Counted from the stretch's first letter, positions 37,361 to 47,665 are shown. The stretch: 64,000 bases of DNA from Bdellovibrionales bacterium (GCA_016713885.1 JADJOF010000002.1:89723-153722); one strand, 5' to 3'. A program made the numbers and translations. The notes: generated from the sequence alone by a model not told the origin.

Positions 37361-38175
37361 AAATCGGCGCTGTTTGTGTTGCTGGAGTCAGCAAACAGGA
37401 CGCAGTGCTGAACAGACTCCATTGCGATCTCCTGAACGACGGCATTCATCATAAGCGAACCGAGGCCAGTCCGGCGATGTTTGTGATCGATGTAGACGAG
37501 TGAAATTCGTGTCATCGCAGTTTCTGGATCGAGCAAAAGAGAATTTGAAAGCGCCAGCATGCCGATAGGCTCTGTTGTTGTCGCGACGACAAGGTGGCCG
37601 GTTTTGATGAGATCGAGAACTTCGTGTCGAGTGGATTCGATATCCTGATGTGTTTCTCGTGCAAAAGCCGTCGACCAGCTGAGGACACGTTCAAAATCAG
37701 CTGAGGTTGCGCGTTTGAGCTCGAGCTCCGATGCTGGTTTGGTTGGGGCTGGCCTGCGCAGACGCACGTCTTGTCGAAATTCAGGTTCATGGCTTGATAG
37801 ACCCTCGAGTAGGCGCTTTTCTCCCATCCAGAAGCGAAACGGAAGACGAGCCGTGGCCTTACTCCAGAGTGAAAGATCGTGCTCGATCGAGGTGGGGTCA
37901 CCTGGACTTAGGGCGACAACCATTTCGCCTGGCAGCAGTACGCCGTAGAGACTGTGGCTTGAGCCCTCGTCTTGATAGCGAAACCATAGGCCGTGGCCTG
38001 AGTTCAGCTGTTCAGCAAGCATCAAGACCTGGTGGTGAATGGCAATCCATCTGATGCGATGTTCGCGAGGGACTGTACCGATGACATCGAGGCGCCACGC
38101 GAGCGGGTCGGTGTACCAGAAAAAGCCTTGTGGTTGAGCATTCGGGCGAGTCAGGTCTTGGAATCGTGAAGCCAT
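37297..38175 (-). CDS. GNAT family N-acetyltransferase (C-terminal domain)
   Basis: Start at MASRFQDL. The C-terminus ISLVYIDHKHRRTGLGSLMMNAVVQEI...FYSKLGFE is the acetyl-CoA-binding motif A. It overlaps the convergent EEP gene by 64 nt. Confidence 0.7.
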   Translation of the reverse strand: MASRFQDLTRPNAQPQGFFWYTDPLAWRLDVIGTVPREHRIRWIAIHHQVLMLAEQLNSGHGLWFRYQDEGSSHSLYGVLLPGEMVVALSPGDPTSIEHDLSLWSKATARLPFRFWMGEKRLLEGLSSHEPEFRQDVRLRRPAPTKPASELELKRATSADFERVLSWSTAFARETHQDIESTRHEVLDLIKTGHLVVATTTEPIGMLALSNSLLLDPETAMTRISLVYIDHKHRRTGLGSLMMNAVVQEIAMESVQHCVLFADSSNTNSADFYSKLGFETCGTWVKVTTTGK

Positions 38176-38211
38176 TGACGCTAACCTACTGGAAAGAGCG
38201 CGGAGGAGCAC

Positions 38212-39261
38212 GTGTCACAGCATCAATCTAGAAAACGCATAGGACTCATGACCGGTGGTGGCGATGCTCCGGGCCTCAATGGAATTATTGAAGCGACAGT
38301 CTGTGCTCTGCGCGGGGCTCCTGTTGAGCTTGTCGGAATTTGTGATGGTTTTGAGGGCATTTACTCGGGAAGCACCGTGCAGCTAACGCCAGAGGGTGTG
38401 CGAGGATTTCATGGGGCTGCGGGGACGCTTCTTGGCACTTCAAATAAAAGTGGAACTCGCGGCCGCGAAGCCGAGTTTTTGAAAGCGTATCGAGATCTCA
38501 AACTCGATGGGTTGATTGCGGCCGGAGGGGACGGAACGTTTGAAGGCTTAAGCCGCGTGATTCAAGGGCTTCAGTTGATTGGTGTCCCGAAGACCATCGA
38601 CAATGACCTTGCCGGAACGGACGTGACCTTTGGTTTTGATACGGCTTGCGCTGTTGTTGCTGAGGCGGTTGATGCACTTCGCGCAACAGCCGATGCTCAT
38701 CGGCGGGTGATCGTGGTCGAGACGATGGGACGTACGTCAGGTTGGATCGCACTTGGCGGTGGACTTGCGTCATACGCCGACGTGATTCTGATTCCGGAAA
38801 TGCCAGCTTCACGCGAAAAGTTGAAGGCGAACATCTTGAGTTTGCGCGATCAGGGGCGGCGCGGGGTCATGGTCGTCGTGGGTGAGGGTGCTTGTTTTCA
38901 AGGCGAAAAGCCGCGCGTGGCCTTTACTGTCCCCGGGTCTCCGCAGGCGGAGCGCTACGGCGGTATTGCCGAGGAGATCGCTCGTTGGATTGAGGCCGAG
39001 ACTGGTTGGGAGTCGCGGCATGTGGTTCTTGGGCATTTGCAGCGCTCGCGGCATCCGACGACGACGGATCGTTTTATCACGGCCTCGATGGGTGTTGAGG
39101 TGGCGAGGATGGTGACGGAAGGCGACTGGGGTAAGGCCGTTGTCGTTCGTAGCGGTTTGGTTACGCGCGCTCCACTGTCAGATATCATGAAGCCGGCTCG
39201 GCTCGTGACGCCCGATCATCGTTGGGTGAACGTGGCAAGAAGCCTCGGACTGTTTATATAG
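38212..39261 (+). CDS. pfkA: ATP-dependent 6-phosphofructokinase
   Basis: GGAGGA RBS followed by GTG. GLMTGGGDAPGLNGII, AAGGDGTF, PKTIDNDL and TMGRTSGWIALGGG. The GGDG form (not GGDD) suggests the ATP-dependent type. Confidence 0.9.
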   Translation: MSQHQSRKRIGLMTGGGDAPGLNGIIEATVCALRGAPVELVGICDGFEGIYSGSTVQLTPEGVRGFHGAAGTLLGTSNKSGTRGREAEFLKAYRDLKLDGLIAAGGDGTFEGLSRVIQGLQLIGVPKTIDNDLAGTDVTFGFDTACAVVAEAVDALRATADAHRRVIVVETMGRTSGWIALGGGLASYADVILIPEMPASREKLKANILSLRDQGRRGVMVVVGEGACFQGEKPRVAFTVPGSPQAERYGGIAEEIARWIEAETGWESRHVVLGHLQRSRHPTTTDRFITASMGVEVARMVTEGDWGKAVVVRSGLVTRAPLSDIMKPARLVTPDHRWVNVARSLGLFI

Positions 39262-39312
39262 CAATCGCAATAATTCCTTCATTGAACGAGATTTTTTCGG
39301 CATTCTAAATGG

Positions 39313-40548
39313 ATGTCGAGTGAGTCTCCGTTCGCAGCGCTACCAGTTCCTTTAGATCGCGTGATTACCCCTGTTGGGCTCAATCGACTTGCGGAAGTAC
39401 TTTCGTCTTTGATTCGCCACACGGATTCCGGCTTTTGGATGTTTGAGATGGACTCGGAAAACCATTTGGTTTCTGAGCAGTGGTGCCGGCAACTCGGCTA
39501 TCAGCCTGGCGAGATCCGCGGTAGTTTTCAGGATTGGCGATCGTTAGTTCATCCCGATGACTTCAAGCGAGTCGAAGAGACCTACAGGCGACATCTTGCT
39601 GGTCGGCATGATCGATACACACAAGAGTTCCGACTCAGGCACAAGGATGGTCGATATTCTTGGTTTCGAACAGATGGCGGGACCTTGCGTGACTCCACCG
39701 GACGACCGATTGCCGTTTTCGGTTGGCATATCGACATTGATAGTCAGCATGCATCGGACAGTCGAATTGAAAGCCTGAATCGTGATCTGAATGCGGCGCT
39801 CGAACTTGCCACTCTTGGCGAGCTTGTTGGTGGTTTGGTTCATGAGCTTGCAAGCCCGATCACGGTGTTGCAAGTGCGGTTGGCGATGGCCGAGCAGAAG
39901 CTTCATCAGACTCAAGTGGCCGATGACGATCCCGTTGCGCGTTTGGTGTCGGAACTTCGGCCTGCTGTTGAACAGATTGTGCAAGTTCATTCGGGTCTCA
40001 GGACGTTGATGCAAAATGGGCGGGTCGAAGAGGCGGTGGAGCTGGACGTCTTTTCCGTTATCGATAAGGCAGTTGAATTTGTAAAGTCGCGTCTAGAGCG
40101 AAATCATATCCAGCTCAATATTCGCGACATGTTGGCGGCCGATGGGGTTTGCAGCGTCGAAGGAAATCAAACCCAGTTAATGGAAGTCGTCATCAATCTT
40201 TTGAACAACAGCATTGATGCGATTGTTGAAAAGCGGCTTGAACATGAGCGCCGTGAGATCCAAGTCCGCGTGAGAGATGTTCGACCGCATGTGGTGGCAA
40301 TTGAAGTCGCAGACTCAGGCGACGGAATCGCCGAATCGGTGAAGGACCGCTTGATGTCGCCGCTTACGACCACAAAACAAGAGAGTGGCGGCATGGGCTT
40401 GGGACTTTCTATTTCAAAGCGAATTGCCGAGGCTCATCGTGGTGCGCTTCGACTTGAGGCCACACGTGACGCCGAATTGGGTGGCGCACTTTTTCAATTC
40501 TCACTTCCGACATATCAATCTGTTTTGGCCGAGACACTGTCAACTTAG
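39313..40548 (+). CDS. PAS domain sensor histidine kinase (cytoplasmic)
   Basis: PAS region: WCRQLGYQPGEIRGSFQDWRSLVHPDD...EFRLRHKDGRYSWF. H-box GGLVHELASPI. N-box NLLNNSIDA. G-boxes DSGDGI and GGMGLGLSISKRIAEAHRG. Confidence 0.85.
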   Translation: MSSESPFAALPVPLDRVITPVGLNRLAEVLSSLIRHTDSGFWMFEMDSENHLVSEQWCRQLGYQPGEIRGSFQDWRSLVHPDDFKRVEETYRRHLAGRHDRYTQEFRLRHKDGRYSWFRTDGGTLRDSTGRPIAVFGWHIDIDSQHASDSRIESLNRDLNAALELATLGELVGGLVHELASPITVLQVRLAMAEQKLHQTQVADDDPVARLVSELRPAVEQIVQVHSGLRTLMQNGRVEEAVELDVFSVIDKAVEFVKSRLERNHIQLNIRDMLAADGVCSVEGNQTQLMEVVINLLNNSIDAIVEKRLEHERREIQVRVRDVRPHVVAIEVADSGDGIAESVKDRLMSPLTTTKQESGGMGLGLSISKRIAEAHRGALRLEATRDAELGGALFQFSLPTYQSVLAETLST

Positions 40549-41355
40549 AGTGGTGCGACACGCGAGAGTCGAGTCGCGCTTTGAGGCGAACCCTTCTCGA
40601 ATTTCGAGTGTAAACCCGGCATCGACCAGTGCACGTTTGAGGTGCCCTGTGCACGCATAGGTTGAAAGCACGCAATTTGTGTCGCAAGCTTCCTTTAAAA
40701 ATGGATCGAGAAATTCACGCGTCCATAGCTCTGGTGTGGACTTTGACGAAAACGCATCAAAAGCCACGGCGTTAAAGCTTCGCCGTTCAATCGGGCGATC
40801 GCGAAAGGTGTCGGGGAGAAGAGGTCCGGAGAGAATCCAGGTCCCATCGCCGAGGGCATTTTTGAGTTTTTCTTGAATCGCGGAGGGACCTAGGCCGTAT
40901 GCGGTCGCTGTCATTTCAAGCGCTTTATCATAGACGATGTGAGGAATGTGGCCTGGGATCTCGGCACCGCCAACGACCCAATTCTTAAAACTTTGAATGA
41001 GGCGTGGATCGAGTTCGAAGCTTTCGCCAGAAAGCGGCGTTTCGAATTTGACGGCAACAGCCGCGGCGACGATTTCAACGAAGCCCAGTCCGAGACCAAG
41101 CGAAAGAATGCGAGGTGTTTTCGTCTCTGCGCGCAGCATTTCGTGGATACGCTCGAATGCCGAACCGTAGATATAGACCGTTTCTCCGAGAGCTCCACGC
41201 ATGGAGTGCATGGTTTCGCCAGCGCCGATTCGGGCGGTGTAGCTGCCATCATCGGTAACGACGACCTCAAAGGGCACTGGGGCGGAAGCGGGCTGTAAAG
41301 AGTTGCTGTCGGTCATGTTCATTGGTGAGAACAGGCTTTTACGTGGTTCCGGCAA
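40540..41355 (-). CDS. MnmC-like SAM-dependent methyltransferase (DUF752 family)
   Basis: PRILSLGLGLGFVE and FNAVAFDAFSSKSTPELWTREFL...VLSTYACTGHLKRALVDAGFTLEIREGFASKRDST match the MnmC methyltransferase-domain pattern (D-x-F-S-P...PELW...TY...G-x-KR). Confidence 0.65.
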   Translation of the reverse strand: MPEPRKSLFSPMNMTDSNSLQPASAPVPFEVVVTDDGSYTARIGAGETMHSMRGALGETVYIYGSAFERIHEMLRAETKTPRILSLGLGLGFVEIVAAAVAVKFETPLSGESFELDPRLIQSFKNWVVGGAEIPGHIPHIVYDKALEMTATAYGLGPSAIQEKLKNALGDGTWILSGPLLPDTFRDRPIERRSFNAVAFDAFSSKSTPELWTREFLDPFLKEACDTNCVLSTYACTGHLKRALVDAGFTLEIREGFASKRDSTLACRTTLS

Positions 41356-41411
41356 AAGTTCAAGCCGATGGCTGTTGACACCATGCCGTAAAAGCTGGTT
41401 TGCATGTTCGC

Positions 41412-42353
41412 ATGACCGATCGCACCGCTTGGGCAGGAAAGCCCTACCATCCGATTAGCCTCGATTATCGCCAGCGATTTGGTTCGAAGGTTGTCAAAGT
41501 GCCGGTGTCGATCGCCGATACCTGTCCGAACCGCATGGGTTTAAAGGGAATGCAGACCTGCATCTTTTGCGATGAGCATGGGAGCTTTGCTTACGCCGAA
41601 TCTCAAGGTCTTGATCTCGCAAAGCAGATTGAAGAGCATCGCACGAAAGTCGCGAGTCGTTTCAACGCAGCGAAGTTTCTCATTTACTTTCAAGCCTACA
41701 CAACGACGTTCACGGCGCTTGGAAAATTAAGACAGGGATTTGACCTCGCGCTTGGGTACGACGACGTCGTCGGCGTTGTGGTGGGGACGCGGCCGGATTG
41801 CCTTTCGGATGCCGTGCTTCGCACGTGGAAAGAGTATTCGGAGAAAACCTTCGTTGCAGTTGAAGTCGGTGTCCAAAGTTTTGATGACGATCAGCTGACC
41901 TGGATGCGTCGCGGGCACACGGGCGCGCAAGCAATCAAAGGCATTGAGCGCATTGCGGCCGAAGCGGGCGTTGATACCGGGCTACATCTGATTTTTGGTT
42001 GGCCGACCGAGACCGACAAACAGGTGATTGAGACCGCACGTCTTTGTAACTCGCTTCCGATCACAAACGTGAAGCTCCACAATCTGCACGTGCTTGAGAA
42101 AACACCGCTTGCCGATATGTATCGCAGCGGTGAATTTGTACCAGCCGATCTTGATCTCTATTCAGAGCGCGTCGCACTCTTTCTTGATCACTTGGATCCG
42201 CGCATCGCCGTGCACCGCCTGGTGGCTCTGTCATCGCGCTGGGATGAACTGATCGCGCCCGAGTGGGTTCGTCACAAAATGAAGAGCTGGCAGGGTGTGA
42301 TCGATCGTGTGAACGCCCGCGGTGCTTATCAGGGGCGACTGTTCGGGGTTTAG
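41412..42353 (+). CDS. Radical SAM protein, TIGR01212 (YhcC)-like
   Basis: ADTCPNRMGLKGMQTCIFCDEHG is the Cys cluster, followed by IYFQAYTTT and ...EVGVQSF. Length is about 313 aa. Confidence 0.75.
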   Translation: MTDRTAWAGKPYHPISLDYRQRFGSKVVKVPVSIADTCPNRMGLKGMQTCIFCDEHGSFAYAESQGLDLAKQIEEHRTKVASRFNAAKFLIYFQAYTTTFTALGKLRQGFDLALGYDDVVGVVVGTRPDCLSDAVLRTWKEYSEKTFVAVEVGVQSFDDDQLTWMRRGHTGAQAIKGIERIAAEAGVDTGLHLIFGWPTETDKQVIETARLCNSLPITNVKLHNLHVLEKTPLADMYRSGEFVPADLDLYSERVALFLDHLDPRIAVHRLVALSSRWDELIAPEWVRHKMKSWQGVIDRVNARGAYQGRLFGV

Positions 42354-42358
42354 ATTTG

Positions 42359-42712
42359 ATGTTTGCTGCACTCTACTTTTATAAAATTCCAAAAGACCGC
42401 ATCGATCAGTTTCTTTCTATCCAAAGGCAGGCAGCTGATATTTATCGTCGATACGGCGCAATCGACGATGCCACTTTTGCATCTTCGAATCTGGCGGCGA
42501 GGTACGGCTGTGCCTCGCTCTTGTCTGAAATTGCTCTTGAGTCGAATGAGGAGCTCTTTTTTTCAGTCAGCCTTTTTGAATCAAAAGAAAATCACGACTT
42601 GATCATGCTCCAGCTGGATCGCGACCCAGAAATTTCATCTCTCTATGACGAAACATGTAAGGTCATGGACGTCTCAAGAATACTAAGGGGCGAGTTCAAT
42701 CGAATTGTTTAG
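42359..42712 (+). CDS. DUF1428-like small protein (tentative)
   Basis: MFAALYFYKIPKDRIDQFLSIQRQAADIYRRYGAIDD. The size and N-terminal pattern resemble DUF1428. The ORF-track start at 42263 overlaps the upstream gene. Confidence 0.4.
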   Translation: MFAALYFYKIPKDRIDQFLSIQRQAADIYRRYGAIDDATFASSNLAARYGCASLLSEIALESNEELFFSVSLFESKENHDLIMLQLDRDPEISSLYDETCKVMDVSRILRGEFNRIV

Positions 42713-43143
42713 TGCTGATCTTCAGTCAGCGAGCGATAGATCGCGACGTCTTCTGGAAAGACGGGCTTTAGTCGAGCGATCTCGGCAAAAGTAAACCATG
42801 CGATTTCGGAGTTCTCCTCGTTGTTGATGACAGGATCACCTTTGATAAGGTCAACGAGCCACCAGTGAAGTGTGCACTGCCGAAGGTCGCAGTCAATTCT
42901 AGCCAGTTTTCTTGTGGGCCGAATCTGCACAGCTATTTCTTCATGGGCTTCGCGCACGAGCGCTTGCTCTTCTGATTCTCCCGCATCAATTTTTCCTGAT
43001 ATGGGGCACCAATAACCAGGAGCTACGGCTTTCGCTAAAGACCGTCGGCCTAAAAGAAACGAACGTTCTCTTTGAATTGTCATTGCAACGACCTGAATCC
43101 GACTCATCGGCGACAAGATATCGTCGAGTTTGAGGCTGATCAA
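42709..43143 (-). CDS. NUDIX hydrolase
   Basis: Nudix box GKIDAGESEEQALVREAHEEIAV (G-x5-E-x7-REAHEE). The start may be the internal MSRIQV. Confidence 0.8.
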   Translation of the reverse strand: MISLKLDDILSPMSRIQVVAMTIQRERSFLLGRRSLAKAVAPGYWCPISGKIDAGESEEQALVREAHEEIAVQIRPTRKLARIDCDLRQCTLHWWLVDLIKGDPVINNEENSEIAWFTFAEIARLKPVFPEDVAIYRSLTEDQH

Positions 43144-43168
43144 CGGGTTTAGGTCATTCTGTCGTATG

Positions 43169-43567
43169 CTACTCGACCCGAGGAGCCTTTGGGCAGTTTT
43201 GCTCGATCTCTCGATGCCACGCGCCTTTGTGCTCGACTTTATTTTTCTCTAGAAAGCCGCTGAAGCGGAATCGGATCGATTCAATTGTCGTCACTTCGAT
43301 CTTTCGCGTACCTAAAAGTGTCTCTGCGGACATTTTCATCGAAGCGAGTTCTTTGTTTTGAACTTTATCGATTTTTCGGAGATGAGACTTTGCGAGTTCC
43401 GACGCATTTTCACATCGATCGACAGCCTGAATGTTCATGTAGTTCAGTGCTTGGTGCAAATGGTAGGACTGTTCATCGAGACTGGCCGCGAATACCTTCG
43501 TCTGCAACAAGAGCAGAAACGCTAGGACGGATATTGTATCACGTGTGACGTGGCGTTCATTCTTCAC
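43169..43567 (-). CDS. Hypothetical secreted protein
   Basis: Signal-like ISVLAFLLLLQTKVFAAS. 4-nt overlap with the upstream VOC gene. Confidence 0.5.
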   Translation of the reverse strand: MKNERHVTRDTISVLAFLLLLQTKVFAASLDEQSYHLHQALNYMNIQAVDRCENASELAKSHLRKIDKVQNKELASMKMSAETLLGTRKIEVTTIESIRFRFSGFLEKNKVEHKGAWHREIEQNCPKAPRVE

Positions 43568-43959
43568 TTGAGGTCTCCCGGTAGCGGTGCTTCAAAGCCG
43601 ACGATTCCACCGCAAGGATCTTGAATCTGTACAATCGTTCTTTGTATCTCGGGCACCGGAAGCGGGCCACGGTAGATGCTGGCGCCAAGTTCGCTCGCCC
43701 GTTTGAGCATTGCGCCGAGATCATCGACAAACCAGTAACCAACGGATCCGCCTTGCGATACCGGATTTTTGGCGTCGGCAATGGCGATGTCGAAATGACT
43801 GTTACCGAGTCGAAACGAAGCGAAAGAGTCAGAGTCTTCCACGGGTTCGGTGTCAAAGAGTGAACGGTAGAACTCGCGACTTTTTTTGAGATCGCGAGAG
43901 AGAAGGCGAATCGTCGCGATGCCGGTGACTTTGAAGCCCATTTTTCCATCCTCTGACAT
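43564..43959 (-). CDS. VOC (glyoxalase/bleomycin-resistance) family protein
   Basis: Start at MSEDGKMGFKVTGIATIRLLSRDLKKSREFYRSLF... and ...VQIQDPCGGIVGF, typical VOC beta-alpha-beta modules. Confidence 0.7.
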   Translation of the reverse strand: MSEDGKMGFKVTGIATIRLLSRDLKKSREFYRSLFDTEPVEDSDSFASFRLGNSHFDIAIADAKNPVSQGGSVGYWFVDDLGAMLKRASELGASIYRGPLPVPEIQRTIVQIQDPCGGIVGFEAPLPGDLK

Positions 43960-43970
43960 CGCTATAAGTT

Positions 43971-45425
43971 TTAAGGGCACTTCAATCCGAGGTTGTTCGC
44001 TTCCGTCGGACGGCAGTGGTGAACCCATTCTTGAGTGCATGTCGGTTCATTTGTCGGAAAGAAAAACCAATGATAGTTTCTTCCGCCGCCGGATTGGTCC
44101 GTTCCTCTCTTGGACTTGCTCCAGTCGGGATGAAATTCTGAAACTTCGCGCGCTGGTCGATCTTCTTCCCAAGTCCGGTCACCGGCAGGCGTAACAACGG
44201 CCTCGCCAGGCATGAGCAGTCGCAGAGTTACAACATCCGATAGGCCCCAAGGAAACTTTGTCTGATCGGGTGGCGTCGCCCACGGCAGGCCGGTTGCGAA
44301 GCCGACAGGTACGGCTCCTATTTCGAGATCATTTATGATCGTCTCGGCGGCGTCTCCGATCTCGTGCCATCCTCCACCGGACGGAACCCCCATCTTCGAC
44401 TCCTCATTGAAGTTTCGTGGGTCAAAGCAGGTGTATAGATTTTTAAAAGTTGAGCCGGCCCCGCGGTCGACAAGCCAGGTTAAGCCTCCGCCGACTCCGG
44501 TTTTTACTTCTTTCCCGTCGACGTGAATTTCACCGTGAATACTTTCGTTGCGAAGCTCGTTTGTACCTTTATCATTCTTTACCCATTCGGGTCCAAAAGC
44601 AGAGTTGAGCAAAATAGTCTGAGCGTGCTGACCCGTCTTCTTGGATTCCGAAAAAACCGCCAAGGGGTCCATTGGATTTCGTCCGGCCGTTCTTGCGTTG
44701 CCGGCATTTCCAACGAGCGTTTTGTTTGTCCGAATATCCATTCTAAAGTCGATCGGGAATGATGAGTCCCAACCTTGAGGACGAATCCAAATCAAGCGAC
44801 TCTTTTCTAAGTCTCCAAAACGAGTGTCAGTCGGAACATTCCACTCCGCCTGTTGATTCTTGATTTCAAAAGTTTCATCTTTTCGAGTCGAATTTCCCGA
44901 AGGGTCTTCTCGAAAATAAGTGAGCTTAAATTTTGCCGTGCCTATTTTTACCGATGTTGAAAAACTGAAAATTACCTTTCTTGAACCACTCTTGAACTTG
45001 AGCAACGTCGCGATCAGCTGCGGATGATTGGTCTTCCAGCCGTCGCCAAAATGAAGGGAGGCATTTGTCTGCCCGTCTCCGTAAACGCGCTCATTGGTGA
45101 AAATCATTTTAACGGGAACCGACACCAGAACATCGGCAATATCAGGAGACTTCCATCCTTGGTTTAGCCATAGAGACGCAGCGTTTGCGAGAATCGCCTC
45201 GGGTCTCCAATTTTTTGTGTCTTTCCCACCCCAAGGCTGTTCCGATTGTGCCGTTGGCAGGTCGACAGAGGACTCATTTGAAATCGTCCTCTTCGCTTTC
45301 GTCCACTTGGTGCTCGAACGTTTCAGGTTCTTTAAAGCGTCAGCAGAGAGTCCCACCTTGCCCACCGGGCAAGCGTAAGAGAACTGCGCGAACAGGATCG
45401 CGAGGTAGAAAAATATTTTCTTCAA
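43971..45425 (-). CDS. Large hypothetical secreted protein
   Basis: AGGAGG RBS followed by a TTG start (45425) giving MKKIFFYLAILFAQFSYA, a signal peptide. About 484 aa. No family recognised. Confidence 0.6.
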   Translation of the reverse strand: MKKIFFYLAILFAQFSYACPVGKVGLSADALKNLKRSSTKWTKAKRTISNESSVDLPTAQSEQPWGGKDTKNWRPEAILANAASLWLNQGWKSPDIADVLVSVPVKMIFTNERVYGDGQTNASLHFGDGWKTNHPQLIATLLKFKSGSRKVIFSFSTSVKIGTAKFKLTYFREDPSGNSTRKDETFEIKNQQAEWNVPTDTRFGDLEKSRLIWIRPQGWDSSFPIDFRMDIRTNKTLVGNAGNARTAGRNPMDPLAVFSESKKTGQHAQTILLNSAFGPEWVKNDKGTNELRNESIHGEIHVDGKEVKTGVGGGLTWLVDRGAGSTFKNLYTCFDPRNFNEESKMGVPSGGGWHEIGDAAETIINDLEIGAVPVGFATGLPWATPPDQTKFPWGLSDVVTLRLLMPGEAVVTPAGDRTWEEDRPAREVSEFHPDWSKSKRGTDQSGGGRNYHWFFFPTNEPTCTQEWVHHCRPTEANNLGLKCP

Positions 45426-45513
45426 AGGAGACCTCCTGCATCGTTTTAATTTAGCAGACGGTTCTCCCAGATAGAACGACTCATAGAAAGCCTGGACTGC
45501 GGCCATGCACTCT

Positions 45514-45800
45514 CTAAGAAAACGCACGTACCACGTGTCGCCAGCGCTCGGGCTTTAACATCTGCGAGCGTGGCGGCACGACACCGTCAGCCTCGAGCTG
45601 GTTGAGCGTATGATAGTCTTTCACAATATTGTAGTCGCGACCCCAGGCAATCACGCGTGTAAATGGCCGCGAGTTCCAAAAGCCCTGCTTTGAGTTCTCA
45701 TCGCGCCTTCGTTGCACGGCACGTGCGATTCCGCCGGTAACGCCAGAGATAAACCGGCGCCAAAGAAGCTGTTTTGAGAGCTTTAAAGTGATGTGCAGGT
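45514..45800 (-). pseudogene. HUH/Y1 (IS200/RAYT-like) transposase, C-terminal fragment
   Basis: Reads TLKLSKQLLWRRFISGVTGGIARAVQRRRDENSKQGFWNSRPFTRVIAWGRDYNIVKDYHTLNQ...*. It contains the FW...RP and Y-x-x-x-N(Q) tyrosine region. Confidence 0.75.
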
Positions 45801-47215
45801 CAATGCCGTTCGGTTAGCGAGCGTTTCTTAAGACCAAATTATGAGTTGGGTATTCGCGCCCGCGATGTTTTACGACTCTCGCATAGCTTCTGGCATCACG
45901 CCTTCGCCTCTCGACTGTTCGATTTGCCCAGTGATTGATGAGTAGGAAAAAGTCGTCGTGCTTCTTCATCAGGAGCAAACAGATGTTTTCGACGACTAAG
46001 CCCACTATCAATTTGAAGTTTGATTTTCATACTCGACAGCTAGCAATTCGCGTCTGATTTTAAGTTGTCGCCGCGTTACGTTCACCAGCCAAAGAAGAGC
46101 GAATATTTCCTGCAGAATGCCGTTTAAGCTCTTCGAATGCCACTGACCGATTTTGAGTGTGCACGTGAGTTCTTTGAACGACGTTTCAATCTCCCAGCGA
46201 CGCCGGTAAAGCTTCCCGATTTCCTTCGTAGAAAACTGACTGGCCGACAAGTTGGTAACGAACACCATGTCCTGCTTTGAGCTCGGATTCCTAATTTTCA
46301 CAAGACGAACCGTTAGATCCGGACTGATTCGTCTCTCGCCGGGTTGGATGCGCCAGATTATTTCCTTTGATCTAGCCAGGGATTTCGCAAAGTCACGCAC
46401 CTCGCTTTTGACGCCACGACCTTTTCCTTCTTTGACGTCGCAACGCGCGCACGATAAAGAAATTTTCATTTTCTTCATGCGCGCGAAAGAGATCATAACC
46501 GCAATGGAGACGGTCATAAATTGAGATACTGTTTTTCTCATATTTCTGCACCATTAACTGGAGCCAGATGCACTTCGTCCTGATTGGACGAGAATTCAAA
46601 ATTTCGAATTGTTCCGTTCACGACGTCGAGCGTTTGCGTCGTGTACATTTTTAGATAGTGAGTCTCTTTGGTTTTTGAAGATGGATATCCGTGAAGACCT
46701 TTCGCTAAAAGGTCTTCACTCCGTCAGGAAGGTCAAACTGATCACCGTCGATCGCGTAAATATGAAAACCGCGATAGAGCTCGCGAGACTCATTGTTGGT
46801 ATCCAAGTCGTCGTTGAAAATCTCTTCGAAAAACTCGTACGAAACTTTCTTCCTCGCTTCGGAAAGCGAACTTTTTGATGGAGTTTGCTCGATCTTAAGT
46901 CCGCTGTTCTTCCAAGTTCTCTGAAGGGCGCGATGATAGCCATCGCAATTCGTCGAGGCGGAAAGTTCCAGCACGGAGAGAAACATTTTCCGCGGATCAA
47001 ATTTTCTAGAGCGAGAGAGAAAATGTTTTTGCGTAGCGTGGCAACGCTTGAACTTGCTAGGTAAGCGAGGGAATATGATGCTGCGGGTCGTGACGCGTGC
47101 GTGTCATTTTCAGTCCTTTTTAAAATGTTGCGTACGAGATTCACCACGTACCCGCAAACTTTCTCTCGCCATCATCACAAAATCAAACGCTTATGCCGCT
47201 AACCGAACGGCATTG
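45801..47215 (-). mobile_element. IS4-family insertion sequence (1415 bp) nested in the Y1 transposase gene; its transposase is broken in at least 3 places
   Basis: Perfect 19-bp inverted repeats CAATGCCGTTCGGTTAGCG (45801-45819) and CGCTAACCGAACGGCATTG (47197-47215). Perfect 10-bp direct repeats ATGTGCAGGT at 45791-45800 and 47216-47225. Transposase pieces: SLSEARKKVSYEFF...IYAIDGDQFDLP, YDRLHCGYDLF...FFIVRA, and LYRRRWEIETSFKELT. Confidence 0.9.
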
Positions 47216-47481
47216 ATGTGCAGGTGATTTCCGGCATTCACAACGCGATAAATGCGGACGCCGTACCGCTTTGCGAGTTTTTCAATGAGAGAACGCACCA
47301 GGGCGTCGTACTTCAGAAGCGATTTTGCCCCTCGCGCGTGGTCGCTCCTTAAAACAACGTGCATCGCCTCTTTTGTTGAGAGCGGTCGATACTGGCGAGA
47401 CTCTCTGGTCGCTCTTTGGCCGGGAGAAAAAGCGCGCTCTTTCTTGGGAAAGCCATGAAATGTGGGTTGTTTTCGCGACAT
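47216..47481 (-). pseudogene. HUH/Y1 (IS200/RAYT-like) transposase, N-terminal fragment
   Basis: MSRKQPTFHGF...MHVVLRSDHARG...LAKRYGVRIYRVVNAGNHLHI (the HUH motif HLH), after which it reads into the IS (NAVRLAA*). Joining it to 45790..45514 restores one 543-nt (180-aa) frame. Confidence 0.8.
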
Positions 47482-47665
47482 GGTTTTCCTTTCTATCGGT
47501 GGTGACCGACGGTCTATAAGATGAGCTTTTAAAGGTCAAGTTACAATGCTGCTACAGGTTAGAGAGAGGCGACGGAAGCAGCGAGCGAGGCTGGTTGGCG
47601 CGCTGGGTGGGCGCTGCAGCTGAGCGCCCAAGAGAGCGGCGCCCGGAGAGATGAGAGGGAGAGAG

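Noticed and set aside
47609-47629. GC-rich hairpin GGGCGCT-gcagctg-AGCGCCC beside the Y1 (RAYT-like) transposase as a REP element
   Set aside because: Only one copy is visible in the window, so repetitiveness cannot be shown. It also lacks a U-tract, so I did not call it a terminator either.
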